NCBI GenBank assembly: GCA_900757905.1 | Contig: CAAEPN010000005.1 | Coordinates: 1 to 33,456 of the forward strand | Direction: 5' to 3' | Origin: Clostridia bacterium | GTDB taxonomy: Bacteria > Bacillota > Clostridia > Oscillospirales > CAG-382 | Length of the DNA stretch: 33,456 nt | Shown here: piece by piece, positions 1-8,364 of the stretch | Layout of the letters: the number at the start of each line of letters is the position of its first letter | How positions within the stretch are numbered: position 1 is the stretch's first letter | Notes under the pieces: model-generated | Told to the model about the DNA's origin: nothing | Database searches by the model: none | The model's input: the letters and a program-made list of their open reading frames with translations, nothing else | Position numbers and translations under genes: made by a program

Positions 1-201
1 AAGGTCGGTCGTGCCGGTAAATAAGTTTTTACCGGGAATGACTTCTGCGGCAAGAGCCGCGCTTTCGGTTTCGCTTGTTACTTCTTCCGCAGGAAGTTCG
101 GTCGAAACGGATTCTACCGTTTCAAAGCTGAATGCTCCTGCCGGGAGCACCATGGTGAAGAGCATGGTAAGGGTAAGTAAAAGCGCAAGTGTTTTTTTCA
201 T
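1..201 (-). CDS. Secreted/exported protein, N-terminal fragment (gene runs off the window start)
   Basis: Not in the supplied track. Reverse-strand ATG at 201-199 lies 5 nt after GGAGAG (rc of 207-212), and the frame is open to position 1. Translation MKKTLALLLTLTMLFTMVLPAGAFSFETVES has a basic n-region, a hydrophobic core and an AGA/F signal-peptidase site. Confidence 0.55.
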   Translation of the reverse strand, partial: MKKTLALLLTLTMLFTMVLPAGAFSFETVESVSTELPAEEVTSETESAALAAEVIPGKNLFTGTTDL

Positions 202-315
202 AAGTACTCTCCTTTATAAAATATTTTTTTGGTACAAATACCCTTGGGATTATCATACTGCCATATTGTTAACACAATATGAATATGCGCATTTTTCAGC
301 ATTTTGACAACTAAA

Positions 316-334
316 TTTGTGCAATATGCACAAA
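316..334. promoter_or_regulatory. Perfect 8-3-8 palindrome TTTGTGCA-ATA-TGCACAAA in the intergenic region
   Basis: Read directly: arms at 316-323 and 327-334 are exact reverse complements. It lies about 115 nt upstream of the truncated secreted-protein gene. The binding factor is unknown. Confidence 0.25.
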
Positions 335-425
335 AAGAATCGGCAAAATTCGGTACAATATTTTTTGCATGCCAAATTCGACACGTTTCAGCTTTGTTTT
401 TCGCATACTGTTAACTGTGTAAAGA

Positions 426-468
426 AAAACTGCAAATTTGTCACCGATAATGACAAACTTGCAGTTTT
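426..468 (-). terminator. Intrinsic terminator of the GDPD-kinase-dehydrogenase operon
   Basis: AAAACTGCAAATTTGTCA / TGACAAACTTGCAGTTTT form an 18-bp stem with 1 mismatch and a 7-nt loop. On the minus strand it is followed by a T-run (rc of 421-430). It starts 28 nt after the stop at 496. Confidence 0.7.
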
Positions 469-495
469 GCGCATAAATAAAGGCTCTTACGGCAT

Positions 496-1515
496 TTACA
501 TGGTAATAATGTATTTTCCGGCGCTTCTTCTCTTGCCGTCGGCTAAAATGGACGGCAATTCCGAAAGCGGCTCGGTCTTATACACCATGGAGGACACGTC
601 AAGCTTACCGCTTTCGATGAGCTTGATAGCCGCCGGGAAAGTATACGGGTTGATGAACGACGATTTCAAAGTGATTTCCTTTTTGAAAATTTCAAACGGT
701 TTGACCGCAATTTTGGCGTCCGGCTTGGTAAGACCGAACATCATGACGGTAGAATACTTTCCGGCAAGTGAGATCGCCTGCTCGATAGTTTCGGGTCTGC
801 CGACGCATTCGATAACGGCGTCCACCTGCTCAAGGCCGCGTTCCTTTAAAACAGCGGCAATATCCTGCGACATCGGGTCGAGTGCGATATCCGCGCCGAG
901 CCGCAGGGCGTGCATTCTCTTTGCTTCGACCGGTTCGACGGCAATAATATTCGACGCGCCCGAAAGCTTCGCGAGCTGCAACAGAATAAGGCCGATCATG
1001 CCGCAGCCGATAACCATGACGGTATCGCCGCATTTGATGTTGCATAACTCGATCCCATGCAGGCAGCAGGAGACCGGCTCGGTCATGGCCGCCTGTTCAT
1101 ACGAAAGGCTGTCGGCTACCTTATAGACCTGCGAAGCCGGGACGGTGCAGTATTCGGCAAAGCCGCCGTCCACGGTCGTGCCGATTCCCGTCATGGCGGT
1201 ACAGAAATGACCGATGCCGCGGCGGCAGAATTCGCATGCGCCGCAGAGCTTGTTCGGATCAACGCAGACCTTATCGCCGCGCACAAGCCCAGTAACATGT
1301 TCGCCGCACTCCACCACTTCGCCGGCGAATTCATGTCCTAAAACGGTATTGGGCGGCGTTTGAGCGCAGCCCTCGTCGCCGCAGAAGATATGTACGTCCG
1401 TTCCGCATATGCCACAGGCATGGACACGCACAAGCACTTCGTTTTCCTTGACCGGCGCTATCGGTCTTTCCTCAACGCGCAAATCGTTTTTTCCGTAAAA
1501 TACTGCTGCTTTCAT
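496..1515 (-). CDS. Zn-dependent medium-chain alcohol/polyol dehydrogenase (sorbitol / L-threonine dehydrogenase-like)
   Basis: Track ORF 496..1605 trimmed to the ATG at 1515 (MKAAVFYGKNDLRVEERP), which follows GAAAGGAAA. MDR motifs present: ACGICGTDVH, GHEFAGEV, the structural-Zn cluster CGACEFCRRGIGHFC, and the Rossmann motif VIGCGMIGL. Confidence 0.9.
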   Translation of the reverse strand: MKAAVFYGKNDLRVEERPIAPVKENEVLVRVHACGICGTDVHIFCGDEGCAQTPPNTVLGHEFAGEVVECGEHVTGLVRGDKVCVDPNKLCGACEFCRRGIGHFCTAMTGIGTTVDGGFAEYCTVPASQVYKVADSLSYEQAAMTEPVSCCLHGIELCNIKCGDTVMVIGCGMIGLILLQLAKLSGASNIIAVEPVEAKRMHALRLGADIALDPMSQDIAAVLKERGLEQVDAVIECVGRPETIEQAISLAGKYSTVMMFGLTKPDAKIAVKPFEIFKKEITLKSSFINPYTFPAAIKLIESGKLDVSSMVYKTEPLSELPSILADGKRRSAGKYIITM

Positions 1516-2470
1516 TGTTATTTTCCTTTCTGTTCCGTTTTTTTTCGATTGCCGAAAGCGACGCGACCGCGCCGTACCGTTCCGTGCTTTTCCCGGCGAC
1601 GGCAATGGCTTTTTTCAAGTATTGCGCGGCCTTTTCGACGGTGATATCGGCAAGAGTACTGTTATTCTTGAGCCATTCATGAAGAAAAGTTCCGAAAAAG
1701 ATATCGCCTGCGCCCGTGGTGTCCACCGTGTTCACCTTTTCGGCAGGCAGAGAGACGCGCCCGTTTCGCATATAGAGCGAAGCGCCGTTTGCACCGTCGG
1801 TTACGAGCATCACGCGGATACCGTAGGACAAAGCCGTTCGGATGGCGGCTTCTTCATCGTTTCCGAAGAGCATATACAGTTCTTCCTTGGCTATTTTCAG
1901 AATATCCACCTTGTCCAGATGTTCCTTCATTCTTTCGACAGCAATGCTCTCGTTTTCCCACAAAGGCGCTCTGTAATTCGGGTCGTAGGTAATTAAGCAG
2001 CCGGCTCTTTTGGCGGCGTCCAAGGCGTACCCTGTGGCGCTTCTTGCCGGTTCTGCGCAGAGCGACAGGGAGCCGAAGTGGAAGATCTTCGATTGCCGGA
2101 TGATCTTCTCGTTCACCTCGCTTTTTTCGAGAAAAACGTCCGCACCGAAGCGGCGGTAAAAGCTGAAATCGCGGTCGCCGTGTTCGTTTAGTTCCACAAA
2201 AGCAAGCGTGGTATTGTGAACCTTATCGGTCACAAGTCCCTCGTCCGAAATATTGCACTTTTTAAGAACAGAGCGCAAAAACGAGCCGAACATATCTTCT
2301 CCGACCTTGCCGATAAAGGCAGTCTTACCGCCAAAGTGCGCCGCCGTCGCAAGCAGATTGACGGGCGCGCCGCCGGCCTTTCGCGCAAAAATAAGGTCGC
2401 CTGCCGAGTCCTTGCCCGACGGCGTAAAATCAATGAGTATCTCGCCGAGCGCCGTAATATCGTATGTCAT
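1472..2470 (-). CDS. PfkB-family carbohydrate kinase (fructokinase-like)
   Basis: Track ORF trimmed to the ATG at 2470 (MTYDITALGEILIDF) after AGAGGAAAA. The ATGA overlap with the upstream stop (2467-2470) supports this start. N-terminal GG motif KAGGAPVN and PfkB signature DTTGAGD are present. The 3' end overlaps the next gene by 44 nt. Confidence 0.9.
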   Translation of the reverse strand: MTYDITALGEILIDFTPSGKDSAGDLIFARKAGGAPVNLLATAAHFGGKTAFIGKVGEDMFGSFLRSVLKKCNISDEGLVTDKVHNTTLAFVELNEHGDRDFSFYRRFGADVFLEKSEVNEKIIRQSKIFHFGSLSLCAEPARSATGYALDAAKRAGCLITYDPNYRAPLWENESIAVERMKEHLDKVDILKIAKEELYMLFGNDEEAAIRTALSYGIRVMLVTDGANGASLYMRNGRVSLPAEKVNTVDTTGAGDIFFGTFLHEWLKNNSTLADITVEKAAQYLKKAIAVAGKSTERYGAVASLSAIEKKRNRKENNNESSSILRKKRFAR

Positions 2471-3234
2471 CGTTTTTTCCTCTGTACCGGCTTTAACTGC
2501 CCGGGCGTTTCGATAATATCCGCCTGAAAGGCTTCGGCCGTTTGTAGCTGTTCCTCGTTTTCTAAGATCCATAAGCCTAACTTACCGTATTTCTTAACGG
2601 TTTGACACAAAGCTTTGTCTGCGGTCGGAACCTTGACCCAAGACGTGGCCGGCGATTTGACCGGCAGCCACACATAAAGCTCGTTTTCTTTTAAAACAGC
2701 GCACAACTCTGCAAGCGTTTCTTCACAGACAGGGCCGTCATAATGAATTTCGGCGTTCGGGAAGCGATCGAGCACCTTTTCGATATAGGCTTTGTCCGCA
2801 CAGGTAAAGCCGACCTGTGCGCCGGAGCTTTCGACCGTATCGAACAGGATCGCTGTCTGTTCTTGCGAAAAGAACCGGATCTTGTTGTCGATCTTCACAG
2901 TCACCGCCGCGCGTTCGGCCGCCTTCAAGACCTCGGATAAAAGCGGAATTTTCGTTCCGCGAAACCTTAAGTCCTTTGCGATGCCGGCGTCATAGGCTAA
3001 GGCTTGCTCATAAGTGATATCGGATATCGGAATTTCCGTTTGCAGCAGTTTTCCGTCAGCCGTTCTGCAGGTGCGGTTCAGCGTGCCGTCGTGTAAGACC
3101 ACGCACTTTCCGTCTTTCGTAAAGGCCGGGTCAAGCTCGATATACTCATAGCCTTGCGCAAAAGCGGCTTCGAACGCAGGCATGGTGTTTTCGGGAAATT
3201 CCGTTCCCACTCCTCTGTGCGCCTGAAATTTCAT
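2467..3234 (-). CDS. Glycerophosphodiester phosphodiesterase (GDPD) family protein
   Basis: Starts MKFQAHRGVGTEFPENTMPAFEAA (HRG..PENT motif), with ELD and VLHDGTLNRT downstream. RBS AAGGAGAA precedes the ATG at 3234. Confidence 0.85.
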   Translation of the reverse strand: MKFQAHRGVGTEFPENTMPAFEAAFAQGYEYIELDPAFTKDGKCVVLHDGTLNRTCRTADGKLLQTEIPISDITYEQALAYDAGIAKDLRFRGTKIPLLSEVLKAAERAAVTVKIDNKIRFFSQEQTAILFDTVESSGAQVGFTCADKAYIEKVLDRFPNAEIHYDGPVCEETLAELCAVLKENELYVWLPVKSPATSWVKVPTADKALCQTVKKYGKLGLWILENEEQLQTAEAFQADIIETPGQLKPVQRKKR

Positions 3235-3251
3235 AACCGTTTCTCCTTATC

Positions 3252-3280
3252 TTGACAATACAGATTGATAAAGATATAAT
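3252..3280 (+). promoter_or_regulatory. Consensus sigma-A promoter for the DeoR gene
   Basis: TTGACA (3252-3257), a 17-nt spacer, then TATAAT (3275-3280), about 80 nt upstream of the ATG at 3359. Confidence 0.6.
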
Positions 3281-3304
3281 ATACCTAAACGAACAAACAA
3301 TCAA
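3276..3304 (-). promoter_or_regulatory. Candidate sigma-A promoter for the GDPD operon, fully overlapping the DeoR promoter
   Basis: On the minus strand: TTGATT (rc of 3299-3304), a 17-nt spacer, then TATTAT (rc of 3276-3281). Its -10 shares 5 of 6 positions with the plus-strand -10. Confidence 0.35.
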
Positions 3305-3325
3305 CCTGCGCCGTAAAAAATGATA

Positions 3326-3349
3326 AAACGCTCAAAAATTTGAGCGTTT
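3326..3349. promoter_or_regulatory. Perfect 11-2-11 palindrome AAACGCTCAAA-AA-TTTGAGCGTTT in the DeoR leader
   Basis: Arms at 3326-3336 and 3339-3349 are exact reverse complements. The palindrome abuts the GGAGGA RBS (3349-3354). It could be an operator or an RBS-proximal hairpin. Confidence 0.4.
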
Positions 3350-3358
3350 GGAGGAAAC

Positions 3359-4057
3359 ATGAACAAAGACCGCGAAAAGAGTATTTTAGAAATCGTCATA
3401 AAGGAAAAGACCGTCACGGTAAAAGACCTTGCACGCCGGTTATACGCAAGCGAGCCGTCCATCCGCCGGGACTTGTGCAGCTTAGAAAAGCAAAAGCTCT
3501 TGCGGCGCACGCACGGCGGCGCGGTTTTGGACGAAAACGCGCTGTCGGAGATCAAGGTACCCTTTCTGATACGGGAGCTTGAAAAAAGCGATGAGAAAAT
3601 TACGATCGCACGCAAAGCGGCGGCTTTCGTACCGGACGGCAGCATTGTGTTTTTAGACGCCTCCACAAGCGCCTATGTGATGATTCCGTTTCTCGCCGAA
3701 AAAAGGAATTTGATCGTTATCACCAACGGCGTCAAGGCTCTCGCCAAGTTAAGCGAGAACCACATCACCTGTATCGGCACAGGCGGTAATGTCGTTCATT
3801 CCTGTCTTGCCTTTGTGGGAGAGGACGCACTTCGGACGATTGCCGAATACAACGCGGATTTTTGCTTTTTCTCCTGCCGTGGGTTTTCCGAGGACGGGAA
3901 GATCACCGACATCGCACAATCCGAAAACGCAGTAAGGCGCAAGATGATTGAACACGCCAAAAGCTCTTACCTGCTCTGCACCAGCGATAAGATCGGCAAG
4001 ACCTGCTACCACAATCTCTGCACAGCAGACGACATTACCGGCATTATCCAGGCATAA
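3359..4057 (+). CDS. DeoR-family transcriptional regulator
   Basis: N-terminal wHTH (ILEIVIKEKTVTVKDLARRLYASEPSIRRDLCSLEKQKLLRRTHGGA) followed by a DeoR-C sugar-phosphate sensor-like domain. The gene is divergent from the GDPD operon. Confidence 0.9.
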   Translation: MNKDREKSILEIVIKEKTVTVKDLARRLYASEPSIRRDLCSLEKQKLLRRTHGGAVLDENALSEIKVPFLIRELEKSDEKITIARKAAAFVPDGSIVFLDASTSAYVMIPFLAEKRNLIVITNGVKALAKLSENHITCIGTGGNVVHSCLAFVGEDALRTIAEYNADFCFFSCRGFSEDGKITDIAQSENAVRRKMIEHAKSSYLLCTSDKIGKTCYHNLCTADDITGIIQA

Positions 4058-4065
4058 AGCGCTTT

Positions 4066-5769
4066 TTATAACCAAAATGCTTCGGAATTGGTCAAGCCCT
4101 CCGTGAAAAACTCCGCCGTCTGAACCTGTTCGCCCACAAACGCATTCGGACGGCCGTTTGCATGCAGCATGCCGCGGTCAAACCATCCATAGCCGAATTG
4201 CCGCTCGTCCGCACCGTCGCACAATTTCCGGTCGACCATCATCGACACAACACGGGAACCCGCGTCCGCCTGCACGGTGACCTTATGCATGCCTTTATCC
4301 GAAAGCGGCGCTTTATCGGAATAAAAAACATTGGTTCTTCTTCCGTCGCTTAGGGTGAATATTATCTTTTCGCCGTCGAAGGCCGCCTCCATGCCCACAC
4401 GCTCTTGCGTCATGGTCGAGAACAGCACGCCGCTTTTGTCAAAATCGGCTTCAAGGAACAGACTGAAGCCTGCGCCGGTATCCACGGAATGGTTGTCGTT
4501 CGACGTGTGATCGCGTTCGATAAACGGTCGAAGCACCGGCATGGTACTGCCGTTTTTCAAAACGGTTCCGTGCTTTCGCTCGCCTTCTTTGTCAAACTGC
4601 GACCACAAGCCTTCGATAAGCGACTTTTCGGCCTTATGCGTTCTGGCGAGGCATTTCTGCGTTTCCGTAAAATAATACTCGCCGCCCTCTTCGATCATGT
4701 CCGGATAGCTCATCCGGATCATCACATCCGGGTCATATAACAGTATTTCCGACTGCGAGAATTTCAAGCGCATTCCGTCCGCCGCGGCATATTCCACCGC
4801 GCCCGAAAGCCATACCGGGTTGCGGTCGTCATACGTTTTGCCGCCATGGTTGTGGTACCAGTACAGGTACTTGCCGTTTTGGCACTTCCAGATGAAATTG
4901 GCCGCACGCGGATGCCGCATAGGGCGGCCGTCCGCATAGGTCATCTTTTCCGGCGCGGTAAAAGTATGTCCCTTATCCCGGCTGTAAGCGCAATAGGAAT
5001 TCCCGGAAACCGTGCGGAATACGCAGAAAATGCTTCCGTCGCTCAGCGTAACAAAGCTGTGCTCCTCGGAAACGTCGCTGACTTCACGCGGCACTTTGAT
5101 ACCGTGTTCGCCGTCAGGAAGCGTTTCCCAATGCAGCTTTGCAGCGTCCTTTTCCGTGTTGATGTTATCGCATTTTAAAAGAACGCCCTCCGTCTTGTAC
5201 ATAAACGTATCCTTTAAGCCGCCTATCTTATAAAGCGGAACAAAGGCGCTGTTATCTAACGTAAACGGCTTGCCGACATTCCAAAAATAGAGCACCTTGC
5301 CGCCGTATGGATTTGACCGGTCGGTTTCCATCACGCGCTGCGGAATTTCGTACCACTTATCCGACCAGGTTTTTCCGTTGTCATCGGTATATTTATAGAC
5401 AAACGAGCCTTGAGAATCCACGCGGTAGCACTTCTCATCCTCAAGCCAACCGGGATCGACTAACACGAACCGCCGGTTCTCGGCATTATAGTTATAAAAG
5501 CAGTACACTCTGCCATAGCTCGTTTTGTAGAGCACCGCATAGGAGGATTCCGGATTTTCCGGCGATTCGACGCAAACCGGCGCCGACCAGGTCTTTCCGC
5601 AGTCAAAGCTTTTGGCCGAGGTGATGTGCTGTCCCTTGCTGCCCTCGGTGCCTGCGCCCGTAGTCACTACCATTAACCAACCGCCGTCGTCGGTCTTTAC
5701 GACATACGGTTGATCGCTGTAATTGCTTACCGGAATGGGATCGCCGCTTCGAACATTTCTGTTATCCAT
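4066..5769 (-). CDS. Cytoplasmic BNR/Asp-box (sialidase-fold beta-propeller) protein with a C-terminal LamG/ConA-like domain
   Basis: Three Asp-box motifs (SFDCGKTW, TDDNGKTW, SRDKGHTF). No signal peptide (MDNRNVRSGDPIPV). The C-terminal ~170 aa are beta-rich and lectin-like. RBS AGAGG is present, and the gene starts 5 nt after the upstream gene's stop. Confidence 0.8.
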   Translation of the reverse strand: MDNRNVRSGDPIPVSNYSDQPYVVKTDDGGWLMVVTTGAGTEGSKGQHITSAKSFDCGKTWSAPVCVESPENPESSYAVLYKTSYGRVYCFYNYNAENRRFVLVDPGWLEDEKCYRVDSQGSFVYKYTDDNGKTWSDKWYEIPQRVMETDRSNPYGGKVLYFWNVGKPFTLDNSAFVPLYKIGGLKDTFMYKTEGVLLKCDNINTEKDAAKLHWETLPDGEHGIKVPREVSDVSEEHSFVTLSDGSIFCVFRTVSGNSYCAYSRDKGHTFTAPEKMTYADGRPMRHPRAANFIWKCQNGKYLYWYHNHGGKTYDDRNPVWLSGAVEYAAADGMRLKFSQSEILLYDPDVMIRMSYPDMIEEGGEYYFTETQKCLARTHKAEKSLIEGLWSQFDKEGERKHGTVLKNGSTMPVLRPFIERDHTSNDNHSVDTGAGFSLFLEADFDKSGVLFSTMTQERVGMEAAFDGEKIIFTLSDGRRTNVFYSDKAPLSDKGMHKVTVQADAGSRVVSMMVDRKLCDGADERQFGYGWFDRGMLHANGRPNAFVGEQVQTAEFFTEGLTNSEAFWL

Positions 5770-5774
5770 GTTTT

Positions 5775-6710
5775 CTACCTCTTGTTTTCAAAAAAATCGA
5801 TGACATTCTGCGCGGCGACAACGTCCATGCGAATAAAGATCTCTTTGGTGAAGGTGCCGACATGCGGCGTTAAAATCACATTGTCAAGCTCGCGTAAAAT
5901 ACTGTCTTCTTTCGGCTCACAGTCGAATACGTCGATAGCCGCACCGGCAATCTTCCCTTGCTTGACCGCCTGATACAGTCCGTTTTCATCGACGATCGGG
6001 CCTCTTGCCGTGTTGATAAGATAAGCGCTTTCTTTCATTTTGCAGATAGTCGGATAATCAAAGAATCCGCGCGTTTGCTCGGTAAGCGGCAGATGAACCG
6101 TCACAAAATCCGATTCGGCAAGTACCTCGTCAAAGCTTTTCCTTTCCGCGCCAAAAGCCTTTTCGGCTTTTTCGTTCGAAACGGCGTCATAATAAAGCAC
6201 GTTCATACCGAAAGCGCATGCGCGCCGTGCGGTTTCATACGCGATCTTTCCCATGCCGACAATGCCGAGCGTTTTTCCGAATACGCTGTGGCATTCGCAT
6301 CTTTCCCATCGGCCGTCATGCATATGCGCATTCAACACGCCAATTTTTCGCGAAAAGTCGAGAATATACGCCATGACAAGTTCCGCCACCGGCGGCTCCA
6401 CCACGCCGAGCGTCCTCGCCACCGCGATGTTCTTTTCGGCTGCATAATCAACGTCCACACTGTCAACGCCGACGCCGCGCCGGGAAATGATCTTCAGCTT
6501 TTTTGCCGCGTCGATGACATCTTTATTGATTCTTTCCAAATCGCATATCATAGCGTCGGCCTTAGCCGCATAAGGAATAATTTCTTCGGGTGTCAACGCC
6601 TTGTGCCCGTATGGATTGTCGATGACGCGATGGCCGGCCTTGCAGAGAAGCTCCCTTGCTTCGGGCGAAAATTTACCGAAATACTCGCTGGTAATCAAAA
6701 TGTCAGACAT
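5775..6710 (-). CDS. D-isomer-specific 2-hydroxyacid dehydrogenase (PGDH / glyoxylate-hydroxypyruvate reductase-like)
   Basis: NAD motif GIVGMGKIAYETARRA, plus TARGPIVDE and AAIDVFDCEP..LTPHVG. A strong GGAGGGAGG RBS precedes the start, which overlaps the dehydratase stop by 8 nt. Confidence 0.9.
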   Translation of the reverse strand: MSDILITSEYFGKFSPEARELLCKAGHRVIDNPYGHKALTPEEIIPYAAKADAMICDLERINKDVIDAAKKLKIISRRGVGVDSVDVDYAAEKNIAVARTLGVVEPPVAELVMAYILDFSRKIGVLNAHMHDGRWERCECHSVFGKTLGIVGMGKIAYETARRACAFGMNVLYYDAVSNEKAEKAFGAERKSFDEVLAESDFVTVHLPLTEQTRGFFDYPTICKMKESAYLINTARGPIVDENGLYQAVKQGKIAGAAIDVFDCEPKEDSILRELDNVILTPHVGTFTKEIFIRMDVVAAQNVIDFFENKR

Positions 6711-8364
6711 TCATATACCCTCCCTCCATAGCGGAGACCGCAAGCGTTTGATATACGCCTAAAATACCGCCGGCTTTCCGGAAAACGTGCTTCGGCGTAT
6801 TCTTCTTTCTCTCTTCAAAATCCACGCCGACCGCATCAAGCGTTCTGTTTTCGATATCGATGCGGATAAGGTCGCCGTCCTGTATCAGACCGATGTTGCC
6901 GCCCTCAGCCGCTTCGGGCGAAATATGTCCGATGCAAGGGCCTTTGCTTGCGCCTGAAAAGCGTCCGTCCGTGATAATGGCCGTACTGGAAACCAAATTT
7001 TTATCCGCGCACAAGGCTTCGGTCGTGTAAAACATTTCCGGCATTCCGCTTCCCTTTGGGCCCGCATAGCGGATAACGATACAGTCGCCGGGCCGTATCT
7101 TGCCGTCGATGATAGCGCTGCGTGCCGACAGTTCATCGTCGAATACGCGCGCCCTGCCTTCGAAATACCGCATATTTTCGGGAAGTCCCGTATATTTGAC
7201 GACCGCGCCCTTTTGGGCAATATTGCCTTTTAAGACGGCAATCGCTCCTTTCGGCACTATTTCGTGGATGATATCCTCCGGCTTTAACTTGTAATTGGAT
7301 AAATAGCCGCGATACGGCTTTAATGCATATTCCGCTCTTTCGAGGTTTTCACCGAGCGTTTTTCCCGTGACCGTGAGAACGTCTAACTTCAGCTTGTCCT
7401 TTAGCTTTAACATGATAGCCGGAACACCGCCGGCATACCACAGCATTTCCGTCGTGTGCTTTCCGACCGGACGGGTATCCGCCAAAAACGGGATATCCCG
7501 ATGAAGTCTGTCAAATAACTCCATATCAAGCTCGATTCCGGCTTCATGCGCAATCGCCGGTAAATGTAACAGCGCGTTCGTGCTGCCGCCGACCGCACCG
7601 TGAATCACAATGGCGTTGTAAAACGCGTCCTCGTTCAGAATGTCCCTCACACGGAGCTTTTTTTCGGCAAGAGCTGCCACAGCCTTGCCGGAGGCCTTGG
7701 CAATATTATCGATAAATTTCATATTGGCCGGCGCTAAAGCGGAATGCGGCAGCGCAAGTCCGAGCGCTTCGCTTAAGACCTGCATGGTAGCCGCCGTTCC
7801 CATAAACTGGCAAGCGCCGCAGGACGGGCAGGCATCGGCCTGACATTGGGAATATTCTTCTTTTGTCATGTCGCCTTTGCGGTATTTGACGCTGACATTG
7901 CCGATCTGCTCCAGCGTAAAGCCGTTGGCCGCCGCCGGCATAACGCCGCCCGGCACATGAATCGCCGGAATGTTTAATCTTGCCATGGCCATGAGGTGTG
8001 CCGGCACGCTCTTGTCGCAGCTCGAGATCAAGAGCATTCCGTCAAAAACGCTCGCTTTGGCATGAATCTCCGTCATGCCGACAATGATCTCACGGGACAC
8101 GAGCGAATAGTTCATGCCGTCATGCCCTTGAGCAATGCCGTCACACATATCGGTCACCGTGTAATGCGACGGCTTGGCGCCGGCATATTTAACGCCGTCG
8201 TCCGCCATTTTGGCAAGCCTTGCCAAATGCACGCTTCCCGGATGACTGTCTCCGTAGGTGGTATCGATCAAAATCTGCTTTCGTCCGATATCCTCGCTGT
8301 CCCAATCCATGCCTTGGCGTAACGCGTCGATCTCCGGCGCCATATCCTTGATATCCATGCTCAT
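6703..8364 (-). CDS. IlvD/Edd-family sugar-acid dehydratase
   Basis: Track ORF 6703..8532 trimmed to the ATG at 8364 (MSMDIKDMAPEIDALRQG) after AAGGAGAG. An ATGA overlap with the aldolase stop supports this start. Family motifs SSCDKSVPAHLMA and CPSCGACQFMGTAATMQ are present. Confidence 0.9.
   Translation of the reverse strand: MSMDIKDMAPEIDALRQGMDWDSEDIGRKQILIDTTYGDSHPGSVHLARLAKMADDGVKYAGAKPSHYTVTDMCDGIAQGHDGMNYSLVSREIIVGMTEIHAKASVFDGMLLISSCDKSVPAHLMAMARLNIPAIHVPGGVMPAAANGFTLEQIGNVSVKYRKGDMTKEEYSQCQADACPSCGACQFMGTAATMQVLSEALGLALPHSALAPANMKFIDNIAKASGKAVAALAEKKLRVRDILNEDAFYNAIVIHGAVGGSTNALLHLPAIAHEAGIELDMELFDRLHRDIPFLADTRPVGKHTTEMLWYAGGVPAIMLKLKDKLKLDVLTVTGKTLGENLERAEYALKPYRGYLSNYKLKPEDIIHEIVPKGAIAVLKGNIAQKGAVVKYTGLPENMRYFEGRARVFDDELSARSAIIDGKIRPGDCIVIRYAGPKGSGMPEMFYTTEALCADKNLVSSTAIITDGRFSGASKGPCIGHISPEAAEGGNIGLIQDGDLIRIDIENRTLDAVGVDFEERKKNTPKHVFRKAGGILGVYQTLAVSAMEGGYMNV

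Noticed and set aside
317-1126. 269-aa plus-strand ORF
   Set aside because: It is entirely antisense to, and overlaps, the well-supported Zn-dehydrogenase gene. It has no RBS and a low-complexity translation, so it is a shadow ORF. The same reasoning applies to 5958-6731, 12315-12836, 14286-14831, 22511-23337, 26536-27132, 27705-28271, 28740-29447 and 30290-31012.
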